The notes under the pieces are model-generated. The model had not been told where the DNA came from and made no database searches. It saw only the letters and a list, made by a program, of their open reading frames with translations. Made by a program: the position numbers and the translations under genes. Shown here one piece after another: positions 30,481-40,713 of a DNA stretch of 64,000 bases. This DNA comes from an uncultured cyanobacterium. Lineage in GTDB: Bacteria; Cyanobacteriota; Cyanobacteriia; Phormidesmidales; Phormidesmidaceae. The number at the start of each line of letters is the position of its first letter. Positions within the stretch are counted from its first letter, which is position 1. The stretch is taken from positions 416,001-480,000 of the forward strand of contig CAWBZI010000006.1 in the NCBI GenBank assembly GCA_963793265.1, given 5' to 3'.

Positions 30481-31699
30481 TATTCAAAATATTGATAGCT
30501 GCATTCTCATCTCTATCTAGCTTGCACCCACACTTGCAGGCATGAGTCCTGGTAGAGAGGGACTTTTTCACTATCGTTCCGCAGCTAGAACATTCTTGTG
30601 ATGTATAGGCCGGGTCAACGGCAACCGTCACCCGACCAAATATATCGCCGTAGCGTTCTAGCCACGTTCTGAACTGATACCAACCCGCATCAGCAATCGA
30701 CTTAGCCAAGTTGTGATTCTTGACCATATTTCGGATTCTCAAGTCTTCGTACGCTACGAGGTCGTTAGATCTCATCACGGACAACGCTAATTTAACAGCG
30801 TGGTCTTTTCGCTTGCGTGAAGTTGTGAGGTCGAATCGTGCTAGTCGATTAATCGCTTTCTTGCGGTTGGCAGATCCTTTCTTCTTTCTAGAAACGCGCC
30901 TAGCCAGCTTTTTACGCTTAGCCTCACGCTTTCTATAGAATCTGGGGTTGTCTTCTTTATCACCATTGGAATCAGTGTAGAAGTCAGCTAGGCCAACGTC
31001 TAAACCGATTGTGTTACCAGATGGCTCTAGCGTCTCTTTTCTATCCACAGCAACGCAGAACTGGCAGTAGTAGCCGTCTGCGCGACGAATCAGTCTCACT
31101 CGCTTAATCAGCTTTTCAGCATAGTTTGCTAAGTCATGAGTGCCCACCAACTTCAAAAGGCCAATGCCTTTCTTGTCGGTGAAGGTAATTCGCTTAGGCG
31201 CTGTCAGCTTCCAGCCAGAAGTCTTGTACTCGACTGAGCGAGCAAACTTTTTGAACTTTGGATAACCAACTGGCTTAATGCCCTGCTTGCAGTTTTCGTA
31301 GAACCGACTAATTGCAGACCAAGCCCGCTCAGCGTGAGCCTGCCTAGCCATGCTGTTGAGTTCATTCGCAAAAGGAAACTCCTTAGCCAACTGCTTACAC
31401 AGCTTGCTCAAGTCGTATTTAGACGTACCTTTAACATCCATCCACAAACGCAAAGCTTTGTTCTGAACAAACTGCCCAGTCCTGATAGCTTCGTCTATTG
31501 CGGCAAACTGTTGAGGCTTTGCCTTGACCTTGTACTCTAGAATCAACATGTTCTTACGCTAATACAATGAGCGTAAAGTTAGGGCTAAGCACCTATGAAT
31601 ACTGGATGTTCGCTACACTCACCTGGGAGACTCGCGAGCTACATCCCCGTGCTGAAGCACCGGGCTTTGCCTGCGTTCTCCCAAACCCTCTTAGATTCG
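30325..31699 (-). mobile_element. IS200/IS605-family element carrying tnpB only (IS1341-like)
   Basis: Minus strand: TTAC target (31703-31700), left hairpin AAAG-CCCGGTGCTTCAGCACGGGG, tnpB, right hairpin GAAT-CCCCGCGCCTTCAGTCCGGGG, ending in TCAA at 30325. Confidence 0.85.
30419..31549 (-). CDS. tnpB: RNA-guided endonuclease TnpB
   Basis: RuvC IGLDVG / AYEDL / DRDENAA; Zn finger TSQECSSCG...CKCG. Confidence 0.95.
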   Translation of the reverse strand: MLILEYKVKAKPQQFAAIDEAIRTGQFVQNKALRLWMDVKGTSKYDLSKLCKQLAKEFPFANELNSMARQAHAERAWSAISRFYENCKQGIKPVGYPKFKKFARSVEYKTSGWKLTAPKRITFTDKKGIGLLKLVGTHDLANYAEKLIKRVRLIRRADGYYCQFCVAVDRKETLEPSGNTIGLDVGLADFYTDSNGDKEDNPRFYRKREAKRKKLARRVSRKKKGSANRKKAINRLARFDLTTSRKRKDHAVKLALSVMRSNDLVAYEDLRIRNMVKNHNLAKSIADAGWYQFRTWLERYGDIFGRVTVAVDPAYTSQECSSCGTIVKKSLSTRTHACKCGCKLDRDENAAINILNKALRTVGHTGTTLLDKENAL

Positions 31700-32004
31700 G
31701 TAAGGGCGATCGCACAAGCGCTCATTGATTCATCCCAATAAATACGGTTCATGCCAACAAATGCGGTAAGCCATTTCGGGATTACTAACACTACTAACCG
31801 CGTGCTCTCGTCTAAGTAAGTCTGTATAAAAACTTCTTTCTTATATGAAGAAGAAGATAGAAAAACAGACTGCCTGTAAAAACTGAAAGAAGTTGATATT
31901 TCTTTCATTATGTACGTAATTCGCTCCGTATATATGAAGTGAATAAGCGCGGTAACTATAGAGCAGCCAACTGCGCGCTGCAAGGTCTATTGGGTATATA
32001 GCGA

Positions 32005-32910
32005 ATGGCTTGGATACATATTATCTATCCGATCATGACTCACTTTCGGCGGCGGCGATTAGCCGGGCTGCTCAAGGCGTTTCCTGATTTAGAAAATTAT
32101 TCAGTGTTAGATGTCGGCGGCAGACCCTTCATTTGGGATTTACTGAAGCTGCACTATGGCGTTAAACCCAAGCAGCTCGTCCTGCTCAACACGCCTTCAG
32201 AAAATCAGCTTCCGCCATCGCCGGACTACACGGTCAAAATTGCAGACGGTCGCTATTTGCCCTACGCCGACAAAAGCTTTGATCTCGTATTTTCTAACTC
32301 GGTGATTGAGCACGTGGGTAACGAGGCGCACATGGCCCAGTTTGCTGAAGAGTGCACGCGCGTAGGCCGCGAACTCTATATCCAAACGCCTAACCGTTGG
32401 TTTCCACTAGAAGCTCACTTCGGCGCGGCCTTTGTCCACTGGCTACCCAGAAAGTGGTACTACCGATTCTCTTTCCTCTCCATGCGCTACTTCTTCGCGC
32501 GCAACAACCCTATCGAAAAAAAATACTTTCAACAGGAGTTTGACACCACTCTGTTGCTTTCTAAAAGGCAGATGCGCAGGCTCTTTCCCAACCAGACTAT
32601 CTCAGGAGAGAAGTTCTTAGGACTCACAAAGTCTTTTATTGTAACCAGCAAGTCTAAGCGATCGCCCGCAACCGCTTCTTACCGAGCGCGCGTAAAGCAG
32701 CCTGCTGTGGTGCCCAGCTTCAGCGTTCCAACCTTAGGCATTCAGGCCATGGAAGCGCAGGCGCTAGACATTCAGGCTCAAGAAATTCAGCCGATAGAAA
32801 TTCAGGCCCTAGAAGCTCACATCCCAGACATTCAATCTACCGAAAACCAACCGCCTGCAAGACCCTTGCGCCTGAGCGACCCCTCTGAAGTGAGGCTACG
32901 CGCGAGCTAA
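32005..32910 (+). CDS. Class I SAM-dependent methyltransferase with low-complexity C-terminal tail
   Basis: VLDVGG, ADGRYLPYADKSFDLVFSNSVIEHVG, QTPNRWFPLE.H. Confidence 0.85.
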   Translation: MAWIHIIYPIMTHFRRRRLAGLLKAFPDLENYSVLDVGGRPFIWDLLKLHYGVKPKQLVLLNTPSENQLPPSPDYTVKIADGRYLPYADKSFDLVFSNSVIEHVGNEAHMAQFAEECTRVGRELYIQTPNRWFPLEAHFGAAFVHWLPRKWYYRFSFLSMRYFFARNNPIEKKYFQQEFDTTLLLSKRQMRRLFPNQTISGEKFLGLTKSFIVTSKSKRSPATASYRARVKQPAVVPSFSVPTLGIQAMEAQALDIQAQEIQPIEIQALEAHIPDIQSTENQPPARPLRLSDPSEVRLRAS

Positions 32911-34004
32911 CGAACGCGCGCGCCTCGGTAGCGCATCTGGCTTCTGGCCGCAGAACGCTGCGCAAAGTTCGGCATATCGCCCTGATGGCCCATAATCATA
33001 ATGGCGTCGTTCACCTGGAGCACTTCTTCATGGCTCGGGTGAATTAGCACAGTGCCATCGGCTCGCTTAAGCGCGACAATAATAAAGGTGCCTTTGCTGT
33101 TGTTTTCAACCTCACCAATCGCGCGCCTGAGCAGCGGCGACTCAGGCGAAACGAGCAGCTCATTTACCTGAATGTCAATTTCAGCGAGCAGCGCGTTCAA
33201 ATTTGCCCGACCGTCATCTTGCGCAATAAAGTTCACCGCGTTTGGATGAGAGATCAGGTGCGCCATCCGCAGCGCCCCAATTGTCGCCGGTAGCACGACC
33301 TGATCGGCCCCCGCAAGCCGCAGCTTTTTCTCAGACGATGGCAGCGTGCCTCTGGCGATCACCATCAGCTTAGGATTTAGCTCACGAGCCGTAAGGCTAA
33401 TAAAAACGTTAGCCGCATCGTTGGGCAAAACAGTGGCCAGTGCCCGAGCGCGATCGATACCGACGGCCTGTAGCTGATTTTCGTCGGTAGCATCGCCCAC
33501 ATAGGTAAGATGACCCTGCTCTTCAGCAACGCTCATCAGCTCAGGGTCGTAATCTAAAATAATGAAGCTTTGACCGTCTTCTTTGAGCTTTTGCGTCAGC
33601 ATTTGGCCCATCCGGCCATAGCCACACACAATTACATGATTATTGAGGTTCTGAATTTCTTGGGTCATTTGCCTAGTGTGAAGGGCCCGGCGAATTTCGC
33701 CTTCGGTCACCATTTGCACAAAGCCTGCAACGGTATAGGCCACCGACAGCGCCCCGGCAATAATCACCAATATAGTAAATATTCGCAGGCTAGCGGTATC
33801 GAGGGGTCGCACTTCGCCGTAGCCGACGCCAAAGATGGTGATGACCACCATGTAAATGGCTTCGAGTAAATGCCAGCCAGCGAGCATGTATCCAATCACA
33901 GCCACCACGATGGTGATTGCAAAGAAGAGGATACCGGCTGAGACACGCTGAAATGAGTTTTGAATAGGCGATCGCAATCGGTTAGCTACTTGAAACGACT
34001 GCAC
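32907..34004 (-). CDS. Potassium channel with TrkA-N/TrkA-C (RCK) domains
   Basis: Pore filter GVGYGE; GYGRMG NAD-binding motif. Confidence 0.92.
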   Translation of the reverse strand: MQSFQVANRLRSPIQNSFQRVSAGILFFAITIVVAVIGYMLAGWHLLEAIYMVVITIFGVGYGEVRPLDTASLRIFTILVIIAGALSVAYTVAGFVQMVTEGEIRRALHTRQMTQEIQNLNNHVIVCGYGRMGQMLTQKLKEDGQSFIILDYDPELMSVAEEQGHLTYVGDATDENQLQAVGIDRARALATVLPNDAANVFISLTARELNPKLMVIARGTLPSSEKKLRLAGADQVVLPATIGALRMAHLISHPNAVNFIAQDDGRANLNALLAEIDIQVNELLVSPESPLLRRAIGEVENNSKGTFIIVALKRADGTVLIHPSHEEVLQVNDAIMIMGHQGDMPNFAQRSAARSQMRYRGARVR

Positions 34005-34130
34005 AACATCTTACTAGGCAAGCTGGTTACCGGCAGTAGTAGGCGTAACACTAGAGATTTACTGATACCCCGGCTCTCTGTCAATTCTGAGTCGCTACAG
34101 TAAAATCCATGGAGCTACTGTAATTGCCCT

Positions 34131-35456
34131 ATGCCGCTCGACTTACCCCGCTTTTATCGCGCTGCCAATCCTAGTCGTCCTTTAAAGGTAGCGCAGCCTG
34201 AAGACCGGCGGTATTACATTGATTTTTCTTCGGTAAGAGGGGGCGATATTGTCAGCGAGCTGGGGCGGACGGTTGTGCGGCTTTCGCCGGATGAGCCGAC
34301 AACGCAGCTATTTACCGGGCATATTGGCTGTGGTAAATCGACGGAGCTGTTTCGGCTAAAGGGCGGCCTAGAACAACAGAATTTTCATGTGGTTTATTTT
34401 GAGTCAGATCGGGACTTGGAAATGGCCGATGTGGATATTAGCGATATTTTGCTGATGATTGCCCATCAGGTGACAGAAAGTATGGAGGCGGTGGGCGTTC
34501 GGCTACGGCCTACGTACTTAGAGGCGCTGTTTAAGAATTTGTTGGAAGCGCTGCGATCGCCCCTAGAAATCAGTGACGTTAGCTTCTCAGTCGGCATTGC
34601 TGCGATTACCGCCCGCGCTAAAGAAAGCCCCGAAATGCGTAGTCAGCTCAGACAGTATCTAGAACCGCGCACTAAGGGCATTATTGACGCTATTAATGAA
34701 GAAATTTTGGAAGCGGCCAACGCTCAGCTCAAAGAGCAGGGCAAAAATGGCCTGGTGGTGATCGTCGATAATTTGGATCGCATTGATCCAATTAGCCGGG
34801 CGAACGGGCGCAGTCAGTCGGAATATTTATTTATCGATCGAGGCGAGCAGCTAAAGCGGCTGAACGCGCATGTGGTGTATACGATTCCGCTGGCGCTAAT
34901 TTTTTCGGACGAGCTGCCGCGTTTGGCCAATCGGTTTGGCACGTCACCAAAGCTGCTGGCGATGGTGCCAGTAAGTACGCGGACGGGAGAACCACTGCCG
35001 AGGGGGCGATCGCTCCTGCAAAAAATGGTGATGGCTCGCGCTTTTCCGACGCTCAAAGAAAGCGATCGCTGGCAGCAAATTAATCAGGTGTTCGACACGC
35101 CCGACACGCTGATGCGCCTGGTTGCAATTAGCGGCGGGCACATGCGAAACCTGATGCGCCTACTGTACGGCTGTTTGCAAAAAGGCGATCCGCCGATTCG
35201 TAAAGAAACGCTAGAAGCCGTCATTCGTGATGAACGCGACGCGCTAATGAGCCTGATTGACGCAACTGATTGGGCGCTGCTATTTGAGGCGATTAGTATG
35301 GGTGACGAACAGGGCAACGCCGGTTACAATCCGCTCTTGCGCAGCTTGTTTTTGTATGAATATCGAGATGCAGAAGGGCGCTGGTTTGGGCTAAATCCGG
35401 TGCTGGCAGAGACGAATCGCTACCGGCAGTGGCAGGCCAATCGAGGCGAGCGTTAG
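34131..35456 (+). CDS. AAA+/P-loop ATPase partnered with the downstream STAND-WD40 gene
   Basis: Walker A GHIGCGKST, Walker B VIVDNLDR, SGGH.R sensor, W...NP C-terminus. Confidence 0.88.
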   Translation: MPLDLPRFYRAANPSRPLKVAQPEDRRYYIDFSSVRGGDIVSELGRTVVRLSPDEPTTQLFTGHIGCGKSTELFRLKGGLEQQNFHVVYFESDRDLEMADVDISDILLMIAHQVTESMEAVGVRLRPTYLEALFKNLLEALRSPLEISDVSFSVGIAAITARAKESPEMRSQLRQYLEPRTKGIIDAINEEILEAANAQLKEQGKNGLVVIVDNLDRIDPISRANGRSQSEYLFIDRGEQLKRLNAHVVYTIPLALIFSDELPRLANRFGTSPKLLAMVPVSTRTGEPLPRGRSLLQKMVMARAFPTLKESDRWQQINQVFDTPDTLMRLVAISGGHMRNLMRLLYGCLQKGDPPIRKETLEAVIRDERDALMSLIDATDWALLFEAISMGDEQGNAGYNPLLRSLFLYEYRDAEGRWFGLNPVLAETNRYRQWQANRGER

Positions 35457-35532
35457 ATAGGGTGATAGCCGGAGCGATAGAATACAGACGCGCCCCGCCC
35501 ACCGCTCCTAGATATACATGGGCTAGAGAGAT

Positions 35533-38500
35533 ATGGTCACTGAGCAGCATCTAGATATTGTCACCTACAACAAAAACGCACTCAACAACCTCCGACGGGC
35601 TGTGGTCTTAGGTCAGGGGCAGTTTTCGCTGGTGCTCGCGCGGGTGAACTATCAGCAGCTTCGAGAGATTCTGATTGAGGAACTAAGCGAGCAGTTGCAG
35701 CTCAGCATCGTGCCTTTACCCCCAACGACGACGCGGCTAAGAGCAGCGATCGCAACCGCCCTCGAAACGGATCTCCCCGCCGCCGTCCGTTCTATCGGTC
35801 AAAACCCGCCAGCCCAGGCGATCATGGTCACTGGTCTAGAAGACATTCACCCCGTTCAGCTCGAAGACTTGTTGAAAGCTGCGAACTTAGGCCGAGATGA
35901 TTTGCCTAAAACCTTCGAGACGCCCGTGGTGCTATGGGTGAACGACACCCTTTTGCAACAGCTCAACCGCTTCGCCCCTGATCTCAAAAGCTTCGCCGCT
36001 ACGCCGATTCGATTTGAATATCCGGTGGGCTCACTAATTGATGTTTTGGCAGAGCAGGCCGCTGAAACCTTTGCAAGGGTTTTGAATGGTACCCATGAGC
36101 TGGGCAACCGATTCAACACGTATGTGCCCGCACCGCTTTCTAGCGAGGAGCTGTCTTTTGCTTTAGCGCAGGTTGAAAGCCAAGAACAGTTAGTTAGTGA
36201 CGATTTGCTCGCTGATTTGTTGTTTTTGCAGGGGCGAAATCTACATCAGCAGAGCGAGCCTATTGTTAATTTAGAGCGGGCGCGCAGCTACTACGAAAGC
36301 AGCCTGGCCTATTGGAAGCAGCAGAGATCGCGAGATAAACAGGCCGTTTTGCACTTTCATTTGGGCATGTGGTGGCGTAGCTATGCGCTGAAAACGACGC
36401 GGCCTGAGGAAGCAGACTACACTGCATTTTGTGAGCGATCGCGAGATTATTTTGAGGCCATGCTGACTATTTTTCGTCAGCAGAACCAGCGCGTTCGCCT
36501 GGCCCACTTCATTTTAGTCCTAGCAGAAATCTTGCAGCGGCTCAAAAGCTGGCCTGCACTCTCAGCGATCGCACAAGAAGCCGTAAACCTGCATCAGTCT
36601 CCAGCCGATGCAATCTACCTGGCTCGCGACTATGGCTACCTGGCCGAAGTCGCCCTGGCCCACTACGAAGCCGACCCCCATCCTGACTACTTGAGTGAAG
36701 CCGCAGGGTACGCGCAGCAGGCGATTGACATCGCTGATGCGCTGTTAGAACAATCGCTTGTAGAGAAAAGCAGCGATCGCAGAACAGCAGGCACAAACCT
36801 GCTGACGCTCTCTCACGCACATACCCAACAAAGCGAGGATAAAAGCAACAGTTGGCACGAACAAAACGTACTCCGATATCACCGAGCCTGCTACCTATAC
36901 TTGCTTGCTACCGCGCAACAGCAGCAGCACCAAATAACCCCTGCGCTTGAAAACTTAGAGAAAGCGCGTCAGGCCACAAACGCCCGCACCGATCTCACGC
37001 TCTATCGCCAAATCTTAGACCGTTTATGGCACCTTTACTATGAGCATAAGCACTACGCTCAAGCCTTTGAAGTCAAGCTGGCCCAGCGGCGTATAGAAAG
37101 TCTTTTTGGGCTGAGGGCATTTATTGGGGCGGGTCAGCTTCGGCCAGCCAGAGCCAGCGATCCTATTTTGACCGCTGAGATTAAAGCCTCAGGAAGAGAA
37201 CAAGATATTGAGGCGGTAGCGAATCGACTTTCGCAGCCACGCTACCCGGTCGTCGTGATTCACGGTCAGTCAGGTGTAGGCAAAAGTTCTACGATTTGCG
37301 CGGGGCTAATTCCTCGCCTCAGAAAGCTAATCAGTGAAGGTCGCACAACCTGTCCTGCGTTGGTTAAGAGCTATAGCCGCTGGCCGGAGCAACTAGAGCT
37401 TGCACTCACGCCAGGGAATCGGGCGAGTGATAGTTTGGCGGCTGATGATACTGACGTAGATCGGCCTTCATCGCAATATCTGATAGAGAAAATCGAAGCG
37501 CTGACGCGTCAGAAGTATCAACAGATTGTCTTGATTTTCGATCAGTTTGAAGACTTTTTTTATGAGTATCCTGTGATTGAGCAGCGGCGAGACTTTTATG
37601 CCTTTTTGCGCGACTGTCTCAATCTACCTTATGTGAAAGTTGTGCTCTCACTCAGAGAAGACTTTTTGCACTACTTATTAGAGTGGGATCGCAATGCAGA
37701 TCTGAGCATTATTGACAATGACATTTTGAGCAAAGAGATTCGCTATTACATTGGCAACTTTATGCCTAAGGCGGCTGAAATGGTGATTCGGCAGCTTACT
37801 CAGGCGGCAGGCTTTTACTTAGAAGATGGACTGGTTACAGCGCTGGTAGACGATTTAGCGGCTGATACGGGAGAGGTGCGTCCGATTGAGTTGCAGGTGG
37901 TGGGCGCGCAGCTACAAAGAGAGAAGATTACGAGCTTGGAGGCGTACCGGCAGTTGGGGCGATCGCCTAAAAGTCAGCTTCTCAAAAACTTTCTAGATAA
38001 CGTCATCCACGACTGCGGCCCTGAAAATAGCGTTGTGGCCCAGTCCGTACTTTATCTGCTGAGTGAAGGCGAAGGTCGCCCGCTCAAAAGCCATTCAGAG
38101 ATAGAAGAGGCGCTGACCTTTGCAGATATTGCCAGCGAACCGCAACAGCTTCAGCTCGTGTTGGATATTCTGATTGGCTCGGGTCTTATTTTTGAGGTGC
38201 CTGAAGTGTCGGGTGTGCGCTATCAGCTTGTGCATGAATATTTGGCGAGCCTGGTACAGCAGCAGCCACCTTCAGGGCTTAACGGGCTGATGGAAGCGTT
38301 GCAAACTGAGCGCAGTCGTAGAGAACAGAGTGAAACGCAGCTTGAAGCCGTTTTGGCGAATCAGTCGGCGGTGACATCGGCGTCTTTGCAGCAAACGGCG
38401 CTGGCCAAGGAGAAAGCTCAGATCGCAGAGATTAGAGGGCTGGTGTCGGTGGCACGCTCAATGCGGCTGTCAGGGAATGGGCTCGGGGCGATCGCGAAAG

Positions 38501-40500
38501 CCCTTCGCGCAGCGCAGCAGGTGCTAGACCATCAAAGCGACCATGCGCTGCTGAAAATGCAGGTGGCCCTGTGCCTTCACGCCTGCCTAAAAGAAATTAG
38601 AGAGAAAAACGAACTTTGCGATCATAACAACTGGGTGCTGGCGGTGGATTGCGGTTTGAGTGCGATCGCCTCAGCGAGCGATGACGGTACGATTAAACTA
38701 TGGAGCCTCAATGGAGAACTTCAGCGCACCCTGACAGAGCATCAGGCAGGCGTGTTAGACGTTCGCTTTAGCCCAGACGGACAATATCTCGCCAGCGCTA
38801 GCCTGGATCACACCATTCGCCTATGGCACACTAACGGCGACTTTTTGTGCACCCTAGAAACGCCCTCAGCCAGCGTCACGAGCATTGCCTTTAGCCCGAC
38901 AGAACCTTTGATAGCCGCCGCTTACAGCGATTCTCATATCCGCCTATGGAACTATCTAGACGGTGAGTTAGTACGCACGCTAAAAGGACATGAAGACTGG
39001 GCGAGAACGGTGGCCTTTAGCCCGGATGGAGAGCGGCTCGCTACGGGCAGCGAAGATCAGACAGTGAGAATATGGCACGTAGATGGTGAGCTGTTGCACG
39101 TGTTGCGAGGGCATCAGGGGTGGGTGAGAACGGTGGCCTTTAGCCCGGATGGAAAGCTGTTGCTTTCGGCGGGAGACACAAATACGCTGCGGCTGTGGAG
39201 TGCGGAAGGCCGTAAGCTAAAAACGCTTTATGGGCATGAGGACTGGGTGCGCAGTGTGGCCTTTAGCCCGGATGGTCAAAGCATTGCCTCGGGCAGTGAC
39301 GATCAAACAATCAGGGTTTGGGGGATTGAGGGTACGGTACAACAAACCTTTCATCAAAGGAGTAGTGTGCACAGTATTGCCTGGAGCGCTGATGGCGGCT
39401 CGATTGTATCGGGGGGTGATGACGATCGGGTGCATATTTGGCAGCTAGCCGGGCCACCGGAGACGATTTGTCGGGCGCATTCGGGGATTGTGTGGAGCGG
39501 TCGCTGGCAAAGTGCGATCGCTGATGAGCCCCGGAAAGTATTGTCGGCGGGTGGTGACGGCACCATCAAAATTTGGAGCGCACAAGCAGAGTTGTTGAAA
39601 TCCATCGACGGCCATCGGCGCGGGGTGCACAGCGTTGCTTGGAGCCCGAAAGGAGACTTTTTTGCCTCGGCCAGTGCTGATTTGACGGTGAGGGTTTGGA
39701 CTGAGGATGGGGGGTTTGTGCGATCGCTGACCGGGCATGAGGCGTCTGTGTGGCAGGTGGGCTATAGCCCTGATGGCAGTCGGATAGCGTCGGTAAGTAG
39801 CGATCGCACCCTGCGCCTGTGGCACCCCAAAGGCAAACTCATCAAAACCTACGAGGGCCACACCGATACCATTTGGCACGTCAGCTTTAGCCCCAATTCT
39901 GAGCATCTCATTACTGCTAGCGAAGACAATACTTTGCGCCTGTGGCATCGCAAGAAGGGATTGGTGCAAACGCTTACCGGCCACGATGGCGGCGTTTGGT
40001 GCGCTATCTTTAGTCCGAACGGTCAGTTTTTGGCCTCTGGTGGCGCTGATGGTGTAATTCGCCTGTGGACGGTGAGCTGGCTGGGTCAGCAGCAGATTCG
40101 GATAGAGCCGAATCCTTTGCAGCTTAAGGGGCATCGCGACTGGGTGCGCAGCCTTAGATTTAGTCCGAATGGTGAGTTTTTGGCGTCTGCGAGTGACGAT
40201 GGGACTGTGCGGCTGTGGTCGCTATTGCCAAAGACCGTGGCGGCTCCTGGATTTGCGGCGCTGAGCGCTGATGATATTACTGAGAATAGTCAGCTTTTGC
40301 CACCGTTGATAGGGCATGAGGGCGTGATTTGGGAGGTAGATTTTGATGCGGCTGGTGAGCGGCTGGTGACGGCGAGTGCGGATGGTACGGTGAGGATTTG
40401 GGATCTGCGGCTGGGGGCGCTGATAGGGAAGGGATGTGAGTGGTTGGAGGATTGGCTGGTGGCGCGGCCTGAGGTGAGGGAGCAGCTTTGTGGGAAGTGA
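35533..40500 (+). CDS. NLR-like protein: degenerate NTPase-like N-domain, TPR, STAND NTPase, ~14 WD40 repeats
   Basis: PVVLWV...FAPD N-domain, TPR helices, GQSGVGKSS, IFDQFED, SLREDF, YQLVHEYL, many GH..WV..VAFSPDG...D.T.RLW repeats. Confidence 0.9.
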   Translation: MVTEQHLDIVTYNKNALNNLRRAVVLGQGQFSLVLARVNYQQLREILIEELSEQLQLSIVPLPPTTTRLRAAIATALETDLPAAVRSIGQNPPAQAIMVTGLEDIHPVQLEDLLKAANLGRDDLPKTFETPVVLWVNDTLLQQLNRFAPDLKSFAATPIRFEYPVGSLIDVLAEQAAETFARVLNGTHELGNRFNTYVPAPLSSEELSFALAQVESQEQLVSDDLLADLLFLQGRNLHQQSEPIVNLERARSYYESSLAYWKQQRSRDKQAVLHFHLGMWWRSYALKTTRPEEADYTAFCERSRDYFEAMLTIFRQQNQRVRLAHFILVLAEILQRLKSWPALSAIAQEAVNLHQSPADAIYLARDYGYLAEVALAHYEADPHPDYLSEAAGYAQQAIDIADALLEQSLVEKSSDRRTAGTNLLTLSHAHTQQSEDKSNSWHEQNVLRYHRACYLYLLATAQQQQHQITPALENLEKARQATNARTDLTLYRQILDRLWHLYYEHKHYAQAFEVKLAQRRIESLFGLRAFIGAGQLRPARASDPILTAEIKASGREQDIEAVANRLSQPRYPVVVIHGQSGVGKSSTICAGLIPRLRKLISEGRTTCPALVKSYSRWPEQLELALTPGNRASDSLAADDTDVDRPSSQYLIEKIEALTRQKYQQIVLIFDQFEDFFYEYPVIEQRRDFYAFLRDCLNLPYVKVVLSLREDFLHYLLEWDRNADLSIIDNDILSKEIRYYIGNFMPKAAEMVIRQLTQAAGFYLEDGLVTALVDDLAADTGEVRPIELQVVGAQLQREKITSLEAYRQLGRSPKSQLLKNFLDNVIHDCGPENSVVAQSVLYLLSEGEGRPLKSHSEIEEALTFADIASEPQQLQLVLDILIGSGLIFEVPEVSGVRYQLVHEYLASLVQQQPPSGLNGLMEALQTERSRREQSETQLEAVLANQSAVTSASLQQTALAKEKAQIAEIRGLVSVARSMRLSGNGLGAIAKALRAAQQVLDHQSDHALLKMQVALCLHACLKEIREKNELCDHNNWVLAVDCGLSAIASASDDGTIKLWSLNGELQRTLTEHQAGVLDVRFSPDGQYLASASLDHTIRLWHTNGDFLCTLETPSASVTSIAFSPTEPLIAAAYSDSHIRLWNYLDGELVRTLKGHEDWARTVAFSPDGERLATGSEDQTVRIWHVDGELLHVLRGHQGWVRTVAFSPDGKLLLSAGDTNTLRLWSAEGRKLKTLYGHEDWVRSVAFSPDGQSIASGSDDQTIRVWGIEGTVQQTFHQRSSVHSIAWSADGGSIVSGGDDDRVHIWQLAGPPETICRAHSGIVWSGRWQSAIADEPRKVLSAGGDGTIKIWSAQAELLKSIDGHRRGVHSVAWSPKGDFFASASADLTVRVWTEDGGFVRSLTGHEASVWQVGYSPDGSRIASVSSDRTLRLWHPKGKLIKTYEGHTDTIWHVSFSPNSEHLITASEDNTLRLWHRKKGLVQTLTGHDGGVWCAIFSPNGQFLASGGADGVIRLWTVSWLGQQQIRIEPNPLQLKGHRDWVRSLRFSPNGEFLASASDDGTVRLWSLLPKTVAAPGFAALSADDITENSQLLPPLIGHEGVIWEVDFDAAGERLVTASADGTVRIWDLRLGALIGKGCEWLEDWLVARPEVREQLCGK

Positions 40501-40713
40501 ATTGCTTGCGGGCGGGGGCGTTTTTTGGCAAAGTGAAGCGAGTGCGAATTTCCTGGGAGGTTTGCCAAAACGTCAGAACCTTGACAATTCAATAGTTTTG
40601 AGGTTTTCTGTGCAGGGGCAAGGTGTTATTAGGCCGTCGTTTTTTATGAAAATTACGACCTTTGCCAAAACCTGTGTTGAAGGCCAGCGATATCAGCTAC
40701 TCTAGAGGGCGGC
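40501..40713 (+). promoter_or_regulatory. CRISPR leader
   Basis: Non-coding, directly before repeat 1. TTTGCCAAAA at 40561 and 40661, plus the inverted copy TTTTGGCAAA at 40523. Confidence 0.8.

Noticed and set aside
31639..31983. 114-aa ORF as tnpA
   Set aside because: No HUH/Y1 motif, and it crosses the element's left end.
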